Source: Vectrevirus NIC06P3 | Sequence record: OZ035778.1 | DNA length: 45,947 nt | Strand: one strand, 5' to 3' | Shown: positions 17,917 to 26,966 of the stretch, piece by piece | Layout of the letters: each line of letters starts with the position of its first letter | How positions within the stretch are numbered: the stretch's first letter is position 1 | The notes under the pieces: generated by a model | What the model saw: only the letters and a program-made list of their open reading frames with translations | What the model was told of the DNA's origin: nothing | The model's database searches: none | Program-made: the position numbers and the translations under genes

Positions 17917-18385
17917 GGAAGCAGGATATGTCGTCAAGGAAGACGGCACGATCTTAAACCCAAAAGGTTTGGTCAGAAAACCATCCTTCGCAGGTAGGAA
18001 TGTTAAATACTATGTAGTATCTTGGAGGGATAAACACTCTAAGAAAACAATCATAGATTTAGTTCACAGATTGGTTGCTAAGAAGTACATACCTAACCCA
18101 TATGGTTTACCAGAAGTTCATCATAAAGACTTTAATCCTCTTAATTGTCATAAAGACAATCTTGAATGGACAGATGGTAAGTCTAACTGTGAGTACAGTT
18201 ATGCAAGGGTAAAGGCTTCACTTGCACGTCGTGCTACTTTGTTGTCACCTGATGGCACTAAGTACGACATATTTAATGTTCGTAAATTCTGCCGTGAGCA
18301 TAACCTCAATCCACCCAGCATATTTGAAGTGCTTAGTGGTAAGCGTAAATCTCACAAAGGGTGGACTATTTACCGGACACTATAG
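17894..18385 (+). CDS. HNH homing endonuclease
   Basis: VHHKDFNPLNCHKDNLEW HNH motif; overlaps the primase/helicase 3' end and runs into the downstream promoter. Confidence 0.75.
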   Translation: MKKLQSFEEAGYVVKEDGTILNPKGLVRKPSFAGRNVKYYVVSWRDKHSKKTIIDLVHRLVAKKYIPNPYGLPEVHHKDFNPLNCHKDNLEWTDGKSNCEYSYARVKASLARRATLLSPDGTKYDIFNVRKFCREHNLNPPSIFEVLSGKRKSHKGWTIYRTL

Positions 18386-18390
18386 AAGAG
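18367..18390 (+). promoter_or_regulatory. phage promoter
   Basis: CTATTTACCGGACACTATAGAAGAG. Confidence 0.8.
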
Positions 18391-18419
18391 ACAACCTTTG
18401 ATGATGAACAGGAGTTTTA

Positions 18420-18581
18420 ATGGAAATTATTAAACCACTATTGAATATCGGCGTTGACATCCTATTCATGCTTATGCTGGCAAATTATGCTTCACGATAC
18501 GGCTTCAAGCCAGCAGTGAAACTTATCGTTGCATCTGGTTTTATTATGTCAGCATTCTTTGTTGTAACACGTCTTATCTAG
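18420..18581 (+). CDS. small hydrophobic protein (53 aa)
   Basis: Two predicted hydrophobic segments; RBS AGGAG; below the ORF-track cutoff. Confidence 0.35.
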   Translation: MEIIKPLLNIGVDILFMLMLANYASRYGFKPAVKLIVASGFIMSAFFVVTRLI

Positions 18582-18598
18582 TGTATTTATCAGGGCTT

Positions 18599-18614
18599 GT
18601 CTCACATGTGAGAC
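18599..18614. promoter_or_regulatory. 16-bp palindrome GTCTCACATGTGAGAC, copy 3 (extended stem GCTTGTCTCAC/GTGAGACAGGC)
   Basis: Exact core; flanks extend the stem. Confidence 0.5.
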
Positions 18615-18652
18615 AGGCTCTTATTAAGTACATTAATAACTGGAGATTGATT

Positions 18653-19336
18653 ATGTGTAAATTAGTATTGAATGCAGGTGATTATGTTCGTAACATCAAT
18701 GAGATCTCACGTCGCTATCGTTGCCGTGGCGTTGTTAGCGATGTAAGTGAGAATATGTACCACGTAGTATATAGCAATGGTATCAGTCAGTCTTATCACA
18801 AGAAGTCAGCACACAACTACCTTGAGAAGATTGGAGAGGCAAGCAATCAATGTAAGTGTGTACACGATGAGGTTTGCGATAAGTGTGCTCGCCAGATGCA
18901 GAAGGTGGTATTGCATCACCACCTGTACAGAGGTGGTATTCAAACCTTAGCAGAGGCGTGTGGCACAACTAAGACTACTCTCAAGAAAGAGCGCCGCAAT
19001 GTAATCACTGGTAAGACTCAGAGTGAAATGATTAAGCAATGTGGCACTGCATTAGGTGTATCACAGTTTAACACTCGTGCATTGGGTAAATCCACAGGGC
19101 AAGCTATGGTTAAGATTGGTGAAGCCATGATGCACCCAAATGTACCTGTGCGAATCATGGATGTTGACCATGCAATCACAGAACATGGTACACCACGACG
19201 TGTAGCTAATAAGCATTTTGCCGACACTATAGAAGGTATTATTCGTAAGCAAGGGTTGAAAGGTCTTCACCTCTTGAATGGTGAAGAATTACTGTACCTT
19301 CCTATCGTTACTGAAGAAACCTACGTGAATATCTAA
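18653..19336 (+). CDS. hypothetical protein
   Basis: 227 aa from ATG 18653 with RBS TGGAG; Cys-rich segment CKCVHDEVCDKC; contains an internal promoter-like core at 19213-19236. Confidence 0.5.
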   Translation: MCKLVLNAGDYVRNINEISRRYRCRGVVSDVSENMYHVVYSNGISQSYHKKSAHNYLEKIGEASNQCKCVHDEVCDKCARQMQKVVLHHHLYRGGIQTLAEACGTTKTTLKKERRNVITGKTQSEMIKQCGTALGVSQFNTRALGKSTGQAMVKIGEAMMHPNVPVRIMDVDHAITEHGTPRRVANKHFADTIEGIIRKQGLKGLHLLNGEELLYLPIVTEETYVNI

Positions 19337-19346
19337 GGAGTTAATC

Positions 19347-19562
19347 ATGACTAAAGTTCTAATTATCAGAGACTGCGGTGAAAAGTTTTATGGTATTGTA
19401 TCACCAAATGGTGTTAAAGTGGTGAGCCATAAACCTAATGCAATACGAGGTGCTGGTAGGTCAGCTAGTTTTCAAATGGTCCTATATGGTAATCTTACTG
19501 AGAAACAATTCCGTAATAAGTGGAAGGTTATCGGCAGCTTTATGGTGGAGACTAAACAATGA
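19347..19562 (+). CDS. hypothetical protein
   Basis: RBS AAGGAG; 71 aa. Confidence 0.45.
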   Translation: MTKVLIIRDCGEKFYGIVSPNGVKVVSHKPNAIRGAGRSASFQMVLYGNLTEKQFRNKWKVIGSFMVETKQ

Positions 19563-19813
19563 AGCAACGTGCAATCAAACGCTGTATCAAGCGTGCTCAA
19601 AAGCAGTTACGTCGTGGTACATTTAAAGGGCGTATGCGTATTGTAAGTTTTAATGCCAAAGGTATTGTCTTTGTTAGATCTTATAAAGAAGGCCGAACTA
19701 TTTATGTGAATGATAATGGTATTGGCTGGGGCGTAGGTGCTGCACTAAGTAAGTGTGGTGGTCATGGTCATTGGGTAGGTAACAAAGTAGAGGTAGCAAT
19801 TTCTTATGTCTAA
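19559..19813 (+). CDS. hypothetical protein
   Basis: 84 aa; start overlaps previous stop (ATGA). Confidence 0.4.
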   Translation: MKQRAIKRCIKRAQKQLRRGTFKGRMRIVSFNAKGIVFVRSYKEGRTIYVNDNGIGWGVGAALSKCGGHGHWVGNKVEVAISYV

Positions 19814-20012
19814 ACACAGCCTTAAGATGTTTGATGGTCACGAAGACCTGCAAGCACACATCACTAATCAAGCCTTCCTGTTTGCACAGCTAACTATGGC
19901 TGAAGCAAAGAAGAATAGCCTGACGCGTGAGCAGGTTATCAAGGAGGCAACTTGGGAGCCACACCAAGGGAAATACATGGGCCATAAATTAACTGTAACA
20001 CGCAGTCGATAA
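19806..20012 (+). CDS. hypothetical protein
   Basis: 68 aa; overlapping gene arrangement. Confidence 0.35.
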   Translation: MSKHSLKMFDGHEDLQAHITNQAFLFAQLTMAEAKKNSLTREQVIKEATWEPHQGKYMGHKLTVTRSR

Positions 20013-20023
20013 GTCAAGGGTTG

Positions 20024-20039
20024 TCTCACACGTGAGACA
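20024..20039. promoter_or_regulatory. palindrome variant GTCTCACACGTGAGAC, copy 4
   Basis: One symmetric change (CACGTG centre), keeps perfect dyad symmetry. Confidence 0.45.
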
Positions 20040-20136
20040 GCCTTTCATCATGTTGATTGGAGGTGCATTATGCCACGTGATTATGATTCTGATTGGGACT
20101 ACTATGACTCAATGAATCCAAAACCCGAACGTTCAG

Positions 20137-22710
20137 ATGATTACTACGAAACAGAGGCAATGTATGAAGATTACTGATTGGAAGAAGGAGGCAAAAGGCC
20201 GTATCCTAGTAATGGATGCGGAGGCTAAAGGCTTGCTTGATGCTATCCGATATGGACACCGCGAAGATGTGCACATCATTTGCTGCATGGATTTGCTTAC
20301 TACCGAGGAGTTCCTCTTCTTTGACCCGTATGAGATGCGTGACCCTGAAGCAAGGGAGCGCCTGAAGGAATGGGAAGGGCATCAAGACGGTGACTTGGTT
20401 GACGGTGTTAACTTCCTGAAGCACTGTGAAGCTATCGTGTCACAGAACTTCCTAGGTTATGACGGCCTTCTCTTTGAGAAAGCATTCCCTACTATCTGGA
20501 AAGGCTTTAACTATACCGAGAGGCGCGGCAAGGGCAGACTCCGCGCCGACCTGTGTCCTGTGCGAGTCATGGACACGCTGGTGATGAGTCGCCTGTTAAA
20601 CCCCGATAGACGCCTTCCTCCGCAAGCATATGCCAAAGGTATGGGTAACGTCGCCCCTCACTCAATTGAGGCGCACGGCATCCGTATAGGCCGCTATAAA
20701 CCGGAGAACAAGGACTGGTCTAAGCTGACCGACCACATGGTTCACCGTGTACGTGAGGACGTGGCGATTGGTCGTGACTTTTTCCTGTGGCTGTATAACG
20801 GGGAGTGGGTGGAGCACAAACGCCGTGGCGTGAATAAACGTACTGGCCTAGGCATTGAGACAGCCTTCCACATGGAGTCCATTGTGGCGCTGGAGATGAG
20901 CCGTCAGGCCGAGCGCGGATTCCGTCTGGACATCGACAAGGCTTTGTCCCGATGCGAAGAACTGGACGCTAAGATTGATGAGACAGTCGCAGCGTTCCGC
21001 CCGCACATGCCTATGCGTATCAAGTCTAAACCTTTTAAACCGGAAGAAAAGAATGAAGTATGCCAACGCGCAAATGAGTATGGAGCTAGCAACAATATAC
21101 CTACTATCCTGGACCCCTCACACTTTCTTCATGCCGAGAGACGAGGAGATCGCAAGACAGTATGGAGTGTCACTACTAAGTCTGGTGATTGGTCGGCTAG
21201 TGTCAAGAAAGACTTTCCTCACCTTAGAGGAAACCGTAATGACACGCCAAGCATCAAGTGGATTGGCGCTTACTCTCCTGTTACGTTTGAAGAGATTCCC
21301 TTGGGAAACCGTGACACCGTTAAGCAAGTGCTCTACGAATATGGCTGGAAAGGTGTGGAGTTCAACGACACAGACCAAGCCTATCTTGATGAAAATGGTG
21401 TCCTACCTAAGCCTTGGAGTGGTAAGATAAATGAGAAATCCCTTACTTTATGGCAAGAAAGAGCAGCACGTGAAGGTAAAACAGTCCCTGATTGGTGCTT
21501 GGGTATCGCTGCATGGTACATACTCGTATCCCGTCGTGGTCAGATCCTCAACCGTGGTGACGTTGAAGTCTTCAACGAGAAAGGTACGTGGCCCTCGCAG
21601 GCTGGTGTACGAAAGTGTCGCGGCCTTGTACCTGTAGCCTTTAACAAGGAGCTAGGAATCAATGCACAGCAATACTACGAGAGGTATGGGTGTTGGCCCA
21701 CGTCTGACAAGGATGACGGAGAGTGGCGTGTACCAGCTATTGCTATTAGCATTGGCACTTCTACGTTCCGTATGCGTCATCGTAACGTGGTTAATATTCC
21801 TGCCCGTGGCTTGTATCCTTTACGTGATTTATTCATAGCAGGTAAAGGTAAGCTAATCCTAGGCTGTGATGGTGCAGGTCTGGAACTACGTGTACTCTCT
21901 CACTTCATGAATGACCCTGAGTACCAAGATATTGTACTGCACGGTGACATCCATACGCATAACCAGATGAAGGCAGGTCTTCCTAAGCGTGATATGGCGA
22001 AGACATTTATATATGCTTTCCTCTACGGCTCTGGTATAGCAAACCTTGCAGCAGTATGTGGTGTTACTGAGGAAGAGATGAAAGAAGTTGTGGCAAGATT
22101 TGAGATTGAGCTACCATCTCTTGCACGTCTTCGTGAGAATGTTATTGCACAAGGTAACAAATTTGGCTACCTACAAGCACCTGATGGACATTGGGGTCGA
22201 ATCCGTATGTCTGGTGGGGAACTTAAAGAGCACACTATGCTTAACGTGTTACTCCAGATGACTGGCTCTTTGTGTATGAAATACGCATTGGTTAAGGCGT
22301 TTGCAGTGATGCGCAAGGAAGGTGTAGCTCTAGATAGCATGGGAAATCCTTGTGGTGTAGCTAACGTGCACGATGAAATCCAGATGGAAGTACCCGAAGA
22401 TGAGGTCTTGTATCTTAACTACGACTTACCTTTCACCTTAGAAGGGTTTGAAACAGAGAAGGCTGCTGTGAAAGCAGTGTTCGATGCAGAGGAGAAACGT
22501 GTTCATGTTGACTCTGAGGGACGTATGTGGTCGGCTGCAAATCTCGTTAGCGTTGATGCTGATGCTGGTGTACTTCATTGCCAGCGCCGTTATCACCGTG
22601 CAGGGCATATCATTGCCGACGCCATGACTTGGGCTGGTCAGTATCTGAAGATGCGTTGCCCGATGGCTGGCGAGTATAAGATTGGTGCAAGTTGGAAGGA
22701 AACACACTGA
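20137..22710 (+). CDS. DNA polymerase (T7 gp5-like, family A)
   Basis: DGAGLELRVLSHFM, KTFIYAFLYGSG and VHDEIQMEV match T7 DNA polymerase motifs; start codon uncertain (20137 or 20164). Confidence 0.93.
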   Translation: MITTKQRQCMKITDWKKEAKGRILVMDAEAKGLLDAIRYGHREDVHIICCMDLLTTEEFLFFDPYEMRDPEARERLKEWEGHQDGDLVDGVNFLKHCEAIVSQNFLGYDGLLFEKAFPTIWKGFNYTERRGKGRLRADLCPVRVMDTLVMSRLLNPDRRLPPQAYAKGMGNVAPHSIEAHGIRIGRYKPENKDWSKLTDHMVHRVREDVAIGRDFFLWLYNGEWVEHKRRGVNKRTGLGIETAFHMESIVALEMSRQAERGFRLDIDKALSRCEELDAKIDETVAAFRPHMPMRIKSKPFKPEEKNEVCQRANEYGASNNIPTILDPSHFLHAERRGDRKTVWSVTTKSGDWSASVKKDFPHLRGNRNDTPSIKWIGAYSPVTFEEIPLGNRDTVKQVLYEYGWKGVEFNDTDQAYLDENGVLPKPWSGKINEKSLTLWQERAAREGKTVPDWCLGIAAWYILVSRRGQILNRGDVEVFNEKGTWPSQAGVRKCRGLVPVAFNKELGINAQQYYERYGCWPTSDKDDGEWRVPAIAISIGTSTFRMRHRNVVNIPARGLYPLRDLFIAGKGKLILGCDGAGLELRVLSHFMNDPEYQDIVLHGDIHTHNQMKAGLPKRDMAKTFIYAFLYGSGIANLAAVCGVTEEEMKEVVARFEIELPSLARLRENVIAQGNKFGYLQAPDGHWGRIRMSGGELKEHTMLNVLLQMTGSLCMKYALVKAFAVMRKEGVALDSMGNPCGVANVHDEIQMEVPEDEVLYLNYDLPFTLEGFETEKAAVKAVFDAEEKRVHVDSEGRMWSAANLVSVDADAGVLHCQRRYHRAGHIIADAMTWAGQYLKMRCPMAGEYKIGASWKETH

Positions 22711-22721
22711 GTTATACTCAA

Positions 22722-22745
22722 GGTCACTTACGAGTGGCCTTTATG
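22722..22745 (+). terminator. candidate intrinsic terminator
   Basis: GGTCACT-TACG-AGTGGCC hairpin (UACG tetraloop, one G-U pair) followed by TTTATGG. Confidence 0.4.
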
Positions 22746-22777
22746 GATAACTTATCCCTGCTTATTTTGTCTAACAT

Positions 22778-22800
22778 GATTTACTGGACACTATAGAAGG
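22778..22800 (+). promoter_or_regulatory. phage promoter
   Basis: ATTTACTGGACACTATAGAAGG. Confidence 0.8.
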
Positions 22801-22865
22801 AAAGCCTAGGTAATCTAGGTTTATAAGGTAGTATACTTAATTAAGTAAATATAGGAGGTGTAAAT

Positions 22866-23243
22866 ATGTCTATGGTAACTACTCTGGTATACGTAGCTCG
22901 ATGCTTTCGTGGTCTGGCTTATAAATTCAAGTTAAAGGCTATCACAGCTATTAAGTTTCGCATCGAAGCAGTACAGGCAGAACAAGTCAAAGTTGAAGAA
23001 CACCGTAGTTCTCAAATGATTGACTGCCATAATCGCTACTATGCATCTCGTGATGACCTGAATGCACGTCAAGTCAAAGAGGTTGAAGAGATGTTAGCAC
23101 GTCACCAGCAAGAGCGTGACAACCTGAAAGCCGCCTTCGAAGAGAACAAGGCAGTCATTGCCCTTGTACATCAAGCTGCATCTGACAGTCTGAAGAAAGA
23201 GATTGTTATGCTGGAGATTGAACTGGACAACCTGACCAAGTAA
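22866..23243 (+). CDS. hypothetical protein (coiled-coil)
   Basis: RBS TAGGAGG; 125 aa. Confidence 0.5.
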   Translation: MSMVTTLVYVARCFRGLAYKFKLKAITAIKFRIEAVQAEQVKVEEHRSSQMIDCHNRYYASRDDLNARQVKEVEEMLARHQQERDNLKAAFEENKAVIALVHQAASDSLKKEIVMLEIELDNLTK

Positions 23244-23252
23244 GGAGGTATT

Positions 23253-23549
23253 ATGGAAGAGGTTATTCAAGCTAAACATGTAGGTGTCATCTTTCGTGAT
23301 TTAGAGCAGTGTAAGGTTGCAGGTCACACTCGTCTGGCTAAAGAGGAAGACACAGCAATCACTACTGTGGAGCAAGCAGATACTTATCGTGGTCCAGAGT
23401 TCACCCAAGGTGAAACCTGTCACCAATTGAGTCTGTCACTTTGTGACACTATGGCTAGTGTAAATGTGCAAGAAGTTGAAGGTGGTGAATGTGTTAGTTA
23501 CGTCTACCCTCTAGATACTATTGCACGCATTAAGGTAATTCATAAATAA
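23253..23549 (+). CDS. hypothetical protein
   Basis: RBS AAGGAGG; 98 aa. Confidence 0.5.
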   Translation: MEEVIQAKHVGVIFRDLEQCKVAGHTRLAKEEDTAITTVEQADTYRGPEFTQGETCHQLSLSLCDTMASVNVQEVEGGECVSYVYPLDTIARIKVIHK

Positions 23550-23570
23550 TTACTGGACACTATAGAACAA
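23547..23570 (+). promoter_or_regulatory. phage promoter
   Basis: AATTACTGGACACTATAGAACAA. Confidence 0.7.
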
Positions 23571-23755
23571 TAGGGCGTGGGTTTGTCAGAGACAGTAAAT
23601 CCAAGGTGCTCAGTGAGCGTAAAGCCTAAGCACGTCCTATGATTGTAAAGTGTTGAACCTATTGTGCATATTGCACAACCCGATACTATCGGGCTTTCTA
23701 GTGAGTACATGCTTGTGCTCAGTACAAAGCTAACTGACAATAGGAGACTAAATAA

Positions 23756-24562
23756 ATGGCACGTGGTGATTTTGATTTTGGTGCTCAGGTTACTAAAGCT
23801 GAAGGTAAAGTATTTAAGAACCCTGAAGTTGGTGATCATGAAGCAGTAATCTCTGGTATCATTCATGTGGGTTCCTTCCAAGATATCTTTAAGAAAGGTA
23901 ATACCACTGAAGTTAAGAAGCCAGCAAACTTTGTTCTGGTTAAGATTGTCCTGATGGGTGACGATGACAAGAACGAAGATGATTCTCGCATGGAACAGTG
24001 GATGGCTGTACCTCTGAAGTCTGGTGACAAGGCAACACTGACTAAGTTCCTGAATGCAGTTGACCCTAAAGAGTTGCTTGGCGGTTTCGATGACTTCATC
24101 GGTGAATGCTTGACTGCAACTATGGTTGGCTCTGGCGACAAGAATGACGATGGCTCATTCAAGTATGTTAACTGGAAGGGCTTTGGTGGTATGCCGGACA
24201 AGCTGAAGAAACTTGTCATTGCTCAGGTTGAAGAGGAAGGTCTGTCTATGACAGGTCACATTACCTTCGACAAGCTGACCAAAGAAATCATTGATGACAT
24301 CCCTGCTAATCTGGTACGTCAATACCTCTTGAATGAGACGCCTCGTGGTAAGAACCTGTCTGTTGCTGGCTCTCACGTAGAGGCAATCATTAAAGCTGCT
24401 CGTGAAGAAGACCCAGAATGGAAGAAGGCTAAGAAGAAAGACGACGATGATGCTACTCCAGCTAATCGTAAGTCTCTGGATACTGGTGAGTCTGTTCCAC
24501 AGGAAGTTCCAGAAGCAGACAATGCTCCTGCACCGGAAATGGATGAGGACGCGGAATATTAA
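23756..24562 (+). CDS. acidic-tailed protein, possible ssDNA-binding protein
   Basis: 268 aa with strongly acidic C-terminus (... EMDEDAEY); own promoter and about 185-nt structured leader; function by analogy only. Confidence 0.35.
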   Translation: MARGDFDFGAQVTKAEGKVFKNPEVGDHEAVISGIIHVGSFQDIFKKGNTTEVKKPANFVLVKIVLMGDDDKNEDDSRMEQWMAVPLKSGDKATLTKFLNAVDPKELLGGFDDFIGECLTATMVGSGDKNDDGSFKYVNWKGFGGMPDKLKKLVIAQVEEEGLSMTGHITFDKLTKEIIDDIPANLVRQYLLNETPRGKNLSVAGSHVEAIIKAAREEDPEWKKAKKKDDDDATPANRKSLDTGESVPQEVPEADNAPAPEMDEDAEY

Positions 24563-24571
24563 GGAGGACTG

Positions 24572-24790
24572 GTGAAAGTACAAATCGTAACCCTGCATTG
24601 TAAGAAGGGCGTCACAACGCTTGGCGGCACAACTTTTCACTCCTTCTCTGAAGGGGATACCTATGCCGACCTGCACTACATCTGGCGCGATGGGCAGCAC
24701 GTGGTGAACTACAGCGACCCCGCTACGGGGAAACGCCACGGCGTATCGCTTCCGGCGCACGACATCGCTCAGGTGAACACAGTTTTATAA
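24572..24790 (+). CDS. hypothetical protein, GTG start
   Basis: RBS AAGGAGG; 72 aa. Confidence 0.35.
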   Translation: MKVQIVTLHCKKGVTTLGGTTFHSFSEGDTYADLHYIWRDGQHVVNYSDPATGKRHGVSLPAHDIAQVNTVL

Positions 24791-24791
24791 A

Positions 24792-24807
24792 GTCTCACAT
24801 GTGAGAC
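24792..24807. promoter_or_regulatory. 16-bp palindrome GTCTCACATGTGAGAC, copy 5
   Basis: Exact core, directly upstream of a phage promoter. Confidence 0.5.
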
Positions 24808-24821
24808 GAATCGGTGTCCGG

Positions 24822-24846
24822 TATTTACTGGACACTATAGAAGAGA
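24822..24846 (+). promoter_or_regulatory. phage promoter
   Basis: GTATTTACTGGACACTATAGAAGAG. Confidence 0.8.
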
Positions 24847-24894
24847 AGAATTTTAATCGGCGATAATGCCACAACTAACAAAGGAGAATTTAAT

Positions 24895-25260
24895 ATGTTC
24901 AAGATTGAAACTATCGTAAACCGTGTTGTTAAAGGTGCTGCTCTGGTGTCCGTTGAGTCTTTCATTATCGTCGATGAAGCTGATCAATTGGTAGCTGGCA
25001 CTAAGGCTTATGATACCCGTGAAGAAGCTCAGGCTAAGATTGACAGCATGGGTAACTTTGCTGCTGGTCTGGAGTTCGCACGTGCTTGCTTCCCGGAGCA
25101 GGCTGACAAAGCACAGATCGGTAAGGCTAACATCGTAGCTGAGTATCTGGATTGGATTGCCGCTGGTAAACCAGCGAAAGAAGCTAAGGCTGAAGAAGCT
25201 GAAGTAGTAGAAGACGTAGCTGCACCGGAAGTACCGGTAAGCGAAGAAGAAGAGTTTTAA
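24895..25260 (+). CDS. hypothetical protein with acidic C-terminal tail ending -EEEEF
   Basis: 121 aa; RBS AAAGGAG; flanked by its own promoter and terminator. Confidence 0.5.
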   Translation: MFKIETIVNRVVKGAALVSVESFIIVDEADQLVAGTKAYDTREEAQAKIDSMGNFAAGLEFARACFPEQADKAQIGKANIVAEYLDWIAAGKPAKEAKAEEAEVVEDVAAPEVPVSEEEEF

Positions 25261-25266
25261 TTGATG

Positions 25267-25299
25267 CCCTGTCTGCCTTAGTGTAGGCAGGGTCTTTTG
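25267..25299 (+). terminator. intrinsic terminator
   Basis: CCCTGTCTGC / GTAGGCAGGG 10-bp stem with two G-U pairs, then TCTTTTG. Confidence 0.55.
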
Positions 25300-25542
25300 C
25301 GTAATAGTTATTGGAGAATGAATTATGCCGACTATTGAATCTCGTTTAGTAGCAGACTATGTGTATGGTCATGATGCAAGATCACGGCAAGATTATTTCA
25401 AAGTTATTATCTTGCTTGATAGAAGTGTCTTTCACACTAAAACCTTTACTCGTAATGAGCTGGTTGCCTCAGGGTTTTGGGGTTGGAGCTATCAGGCTAT
25501 AGCAGATAGAGTGCTACTCAATGTATTAAAGGAGTGGCCTAC

Positions 25543-26571
25543 ATGCGACCAAACTTCGACTTCGGAGCTACAGTATCGGAAGACAATAATCTCATCCTGT
25601 GGCCAACTGAAGGTAATCGAATCGCTTTAATAGACGCTGATATGCTACCCTACATCGTAGGCTATACAGTCAGTGACATGACTTATGTACGAGCCACAAC
25701 TCGTGTTAAGTCAGGACAAGTCCCATCAATCAAAGATACACCTGAGTGTAAGCAAGCGTGTGACCGTGTGAACTCCTTGCTTAACTCTTGGGTGTATGCA
25801 GCAGAGTGTGATGCAGCCAAGTTATTCATGACGAAATCAGAAGCTAACTTCCGTGTTCGCCTAGCATTCACCAAGCCCTATAAGGGTCAACGTAAGACCG
25901 AGAAGCCTCCATTCTTCTATGAATTGCGAGAGCATCTCTTAGAGGTTCACGGTGCAATCTTGGCAGATGGAGAAGAGGCAGATGACCTCATGAGCATCGC
26001 CCAATGGGACAGCCACCGCCGCTTCCAGCAAGACACAGGTAACGAGTTTCCTATCGGTAGTCCAGAGCATAAAGCATTCTCTGATACTTGCATCGTGTCC
26101 TTAGATAAGGATTTGATGATTGTTCCCGGTTGGCATCTTCAGCCGGGTCAAGAGAAGAAATGGGTAGATCCTATGGGTTGGCTTGAGTTACGCCGTAAGG
26201 CTAATGGTCAGGTCAAAGACCTCAAAGGTGCTGGCCTCATGTTTCATTATGCACAGATGATTATCGGTGATGATATTGATAACTATGCTGGCATACCAGG
26301 ACGTGGCGCTAAGTATGCCTATGATCTTCTCAAGGGTTGTAAGACAGAGAAAGATTTGTACATGGCAGTGCTTGGTGCTTACAAGGCTAAGTTTGGACAT
26401 GGACAAGTTAAGATTAAGAATTACCGAGGTGGTTATCGTATCGGCAAAGCCTTTGACTTGATGCTTGAATGTGGTCGCCTAGCACACATGGCAAGATTCA
26501 AGGGTGATATATGGCGAGCCGATAAGAACCCAATCTTGTGGGGAGATGATGCGGAATGGTTAGCAAATTAA
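25543..26571 (+). CDS. 5'-3' exonuclease (T7 gp6-like, FEN family)
   Basis: LIDADMLPY, GEEADDLMS, SLDKDLMIVPG and IGDDIDNYAGIPG motifs; RBS AAGGAG at 25528-25533. Confidence 0.8.
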   Translation: MRPNFDFGATVSEDNNLILWPTEGNRIALIDADMLPYIVGYTVSDMTYVRATTRVKSGQVPSIKDTPECKQACDRVNSLLNSWVYAAECDAAKLFMTKSEANFRVRLAFTKPYKGQRKTEKPPFFYELREHLLEVHGAILADGEEADDLMSIAQWDSHRRFQQDTGNEFPIGSPEHKAFSDTCIVSLDKDLMIVPGWHLQPGQEKKWVDPMGWLELRRKANGQVKDLKGAGLMFHYAQMIIGDDIDNYAGIPGRGAKYAYDLLKGCKTEKDLYMAVLGAYKAKFGHGQVKIKNYRGGYRIGKAFDLMLECGRLAHMARFKGDIWRADKNPILWGDDAEWLAN

Positions 26572-26966
26572 AATCATCGGAGGTGGCAGCTTATAAGAAG
26601 GAATTACTAGAGAAGCAAGGGTGGAAGTGTCCACTCTGCGGTGGTAGTCTCAAGGCTGTTACCCCTGTAAACCGTGTACTTGACCACGACCATGAGACAG
26701 GTTTCTGCCGCGCTGTTGTATGCCGAGGCTGCAATGGTGCAGAAGGGAAGATTAAGGGTGTTATCTCTGGTTATGGCAAGGCAGGTAATAACCGTTACTT
26801 CCAGCTTCAATGGCTAGAGCGGCTATATGAATATTGGAAGTTACATAGTACGCCTCAGACAGATAAGTTGTATCACAAACATCAAACGGAGGCAGAGAAG
26901 CGCGAGGCTAAGAACCGTAAGGCACGCCTTGCTTATGCAAGAAAGAAGGGGGTTAAAGTTGGGTAA
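26556..26966 (+). CDS. endonuclease VII-like Holliday junction resolvase
   Basis: CPLCGG ... LDHDHETG ... CRGCN zinc/HNH-type motif set characteristic of the endonuclease VII family. Confidence 0.75.
   Translation: MVSKLKSSEVAAYKKELLEKQGWKCPLCGGSLKAVTPVNRVLDHDHETGFCRAVVCRGCNGAEGKIKGVISGYGKAGNNRYFQLQWLERLYEYWKLHSTPQTDKLYHKHQTEAEKREAKNRKARLAYARKKGVKVG

Noticed and set aside
25325-25630. 101-aa ORF upstream of the exonuclease gene, overlapping it by about 90 nt
   Set aside because: It may be a real small gene, but the long overlap and lack of recognisable motifs make it too uncertain to call.
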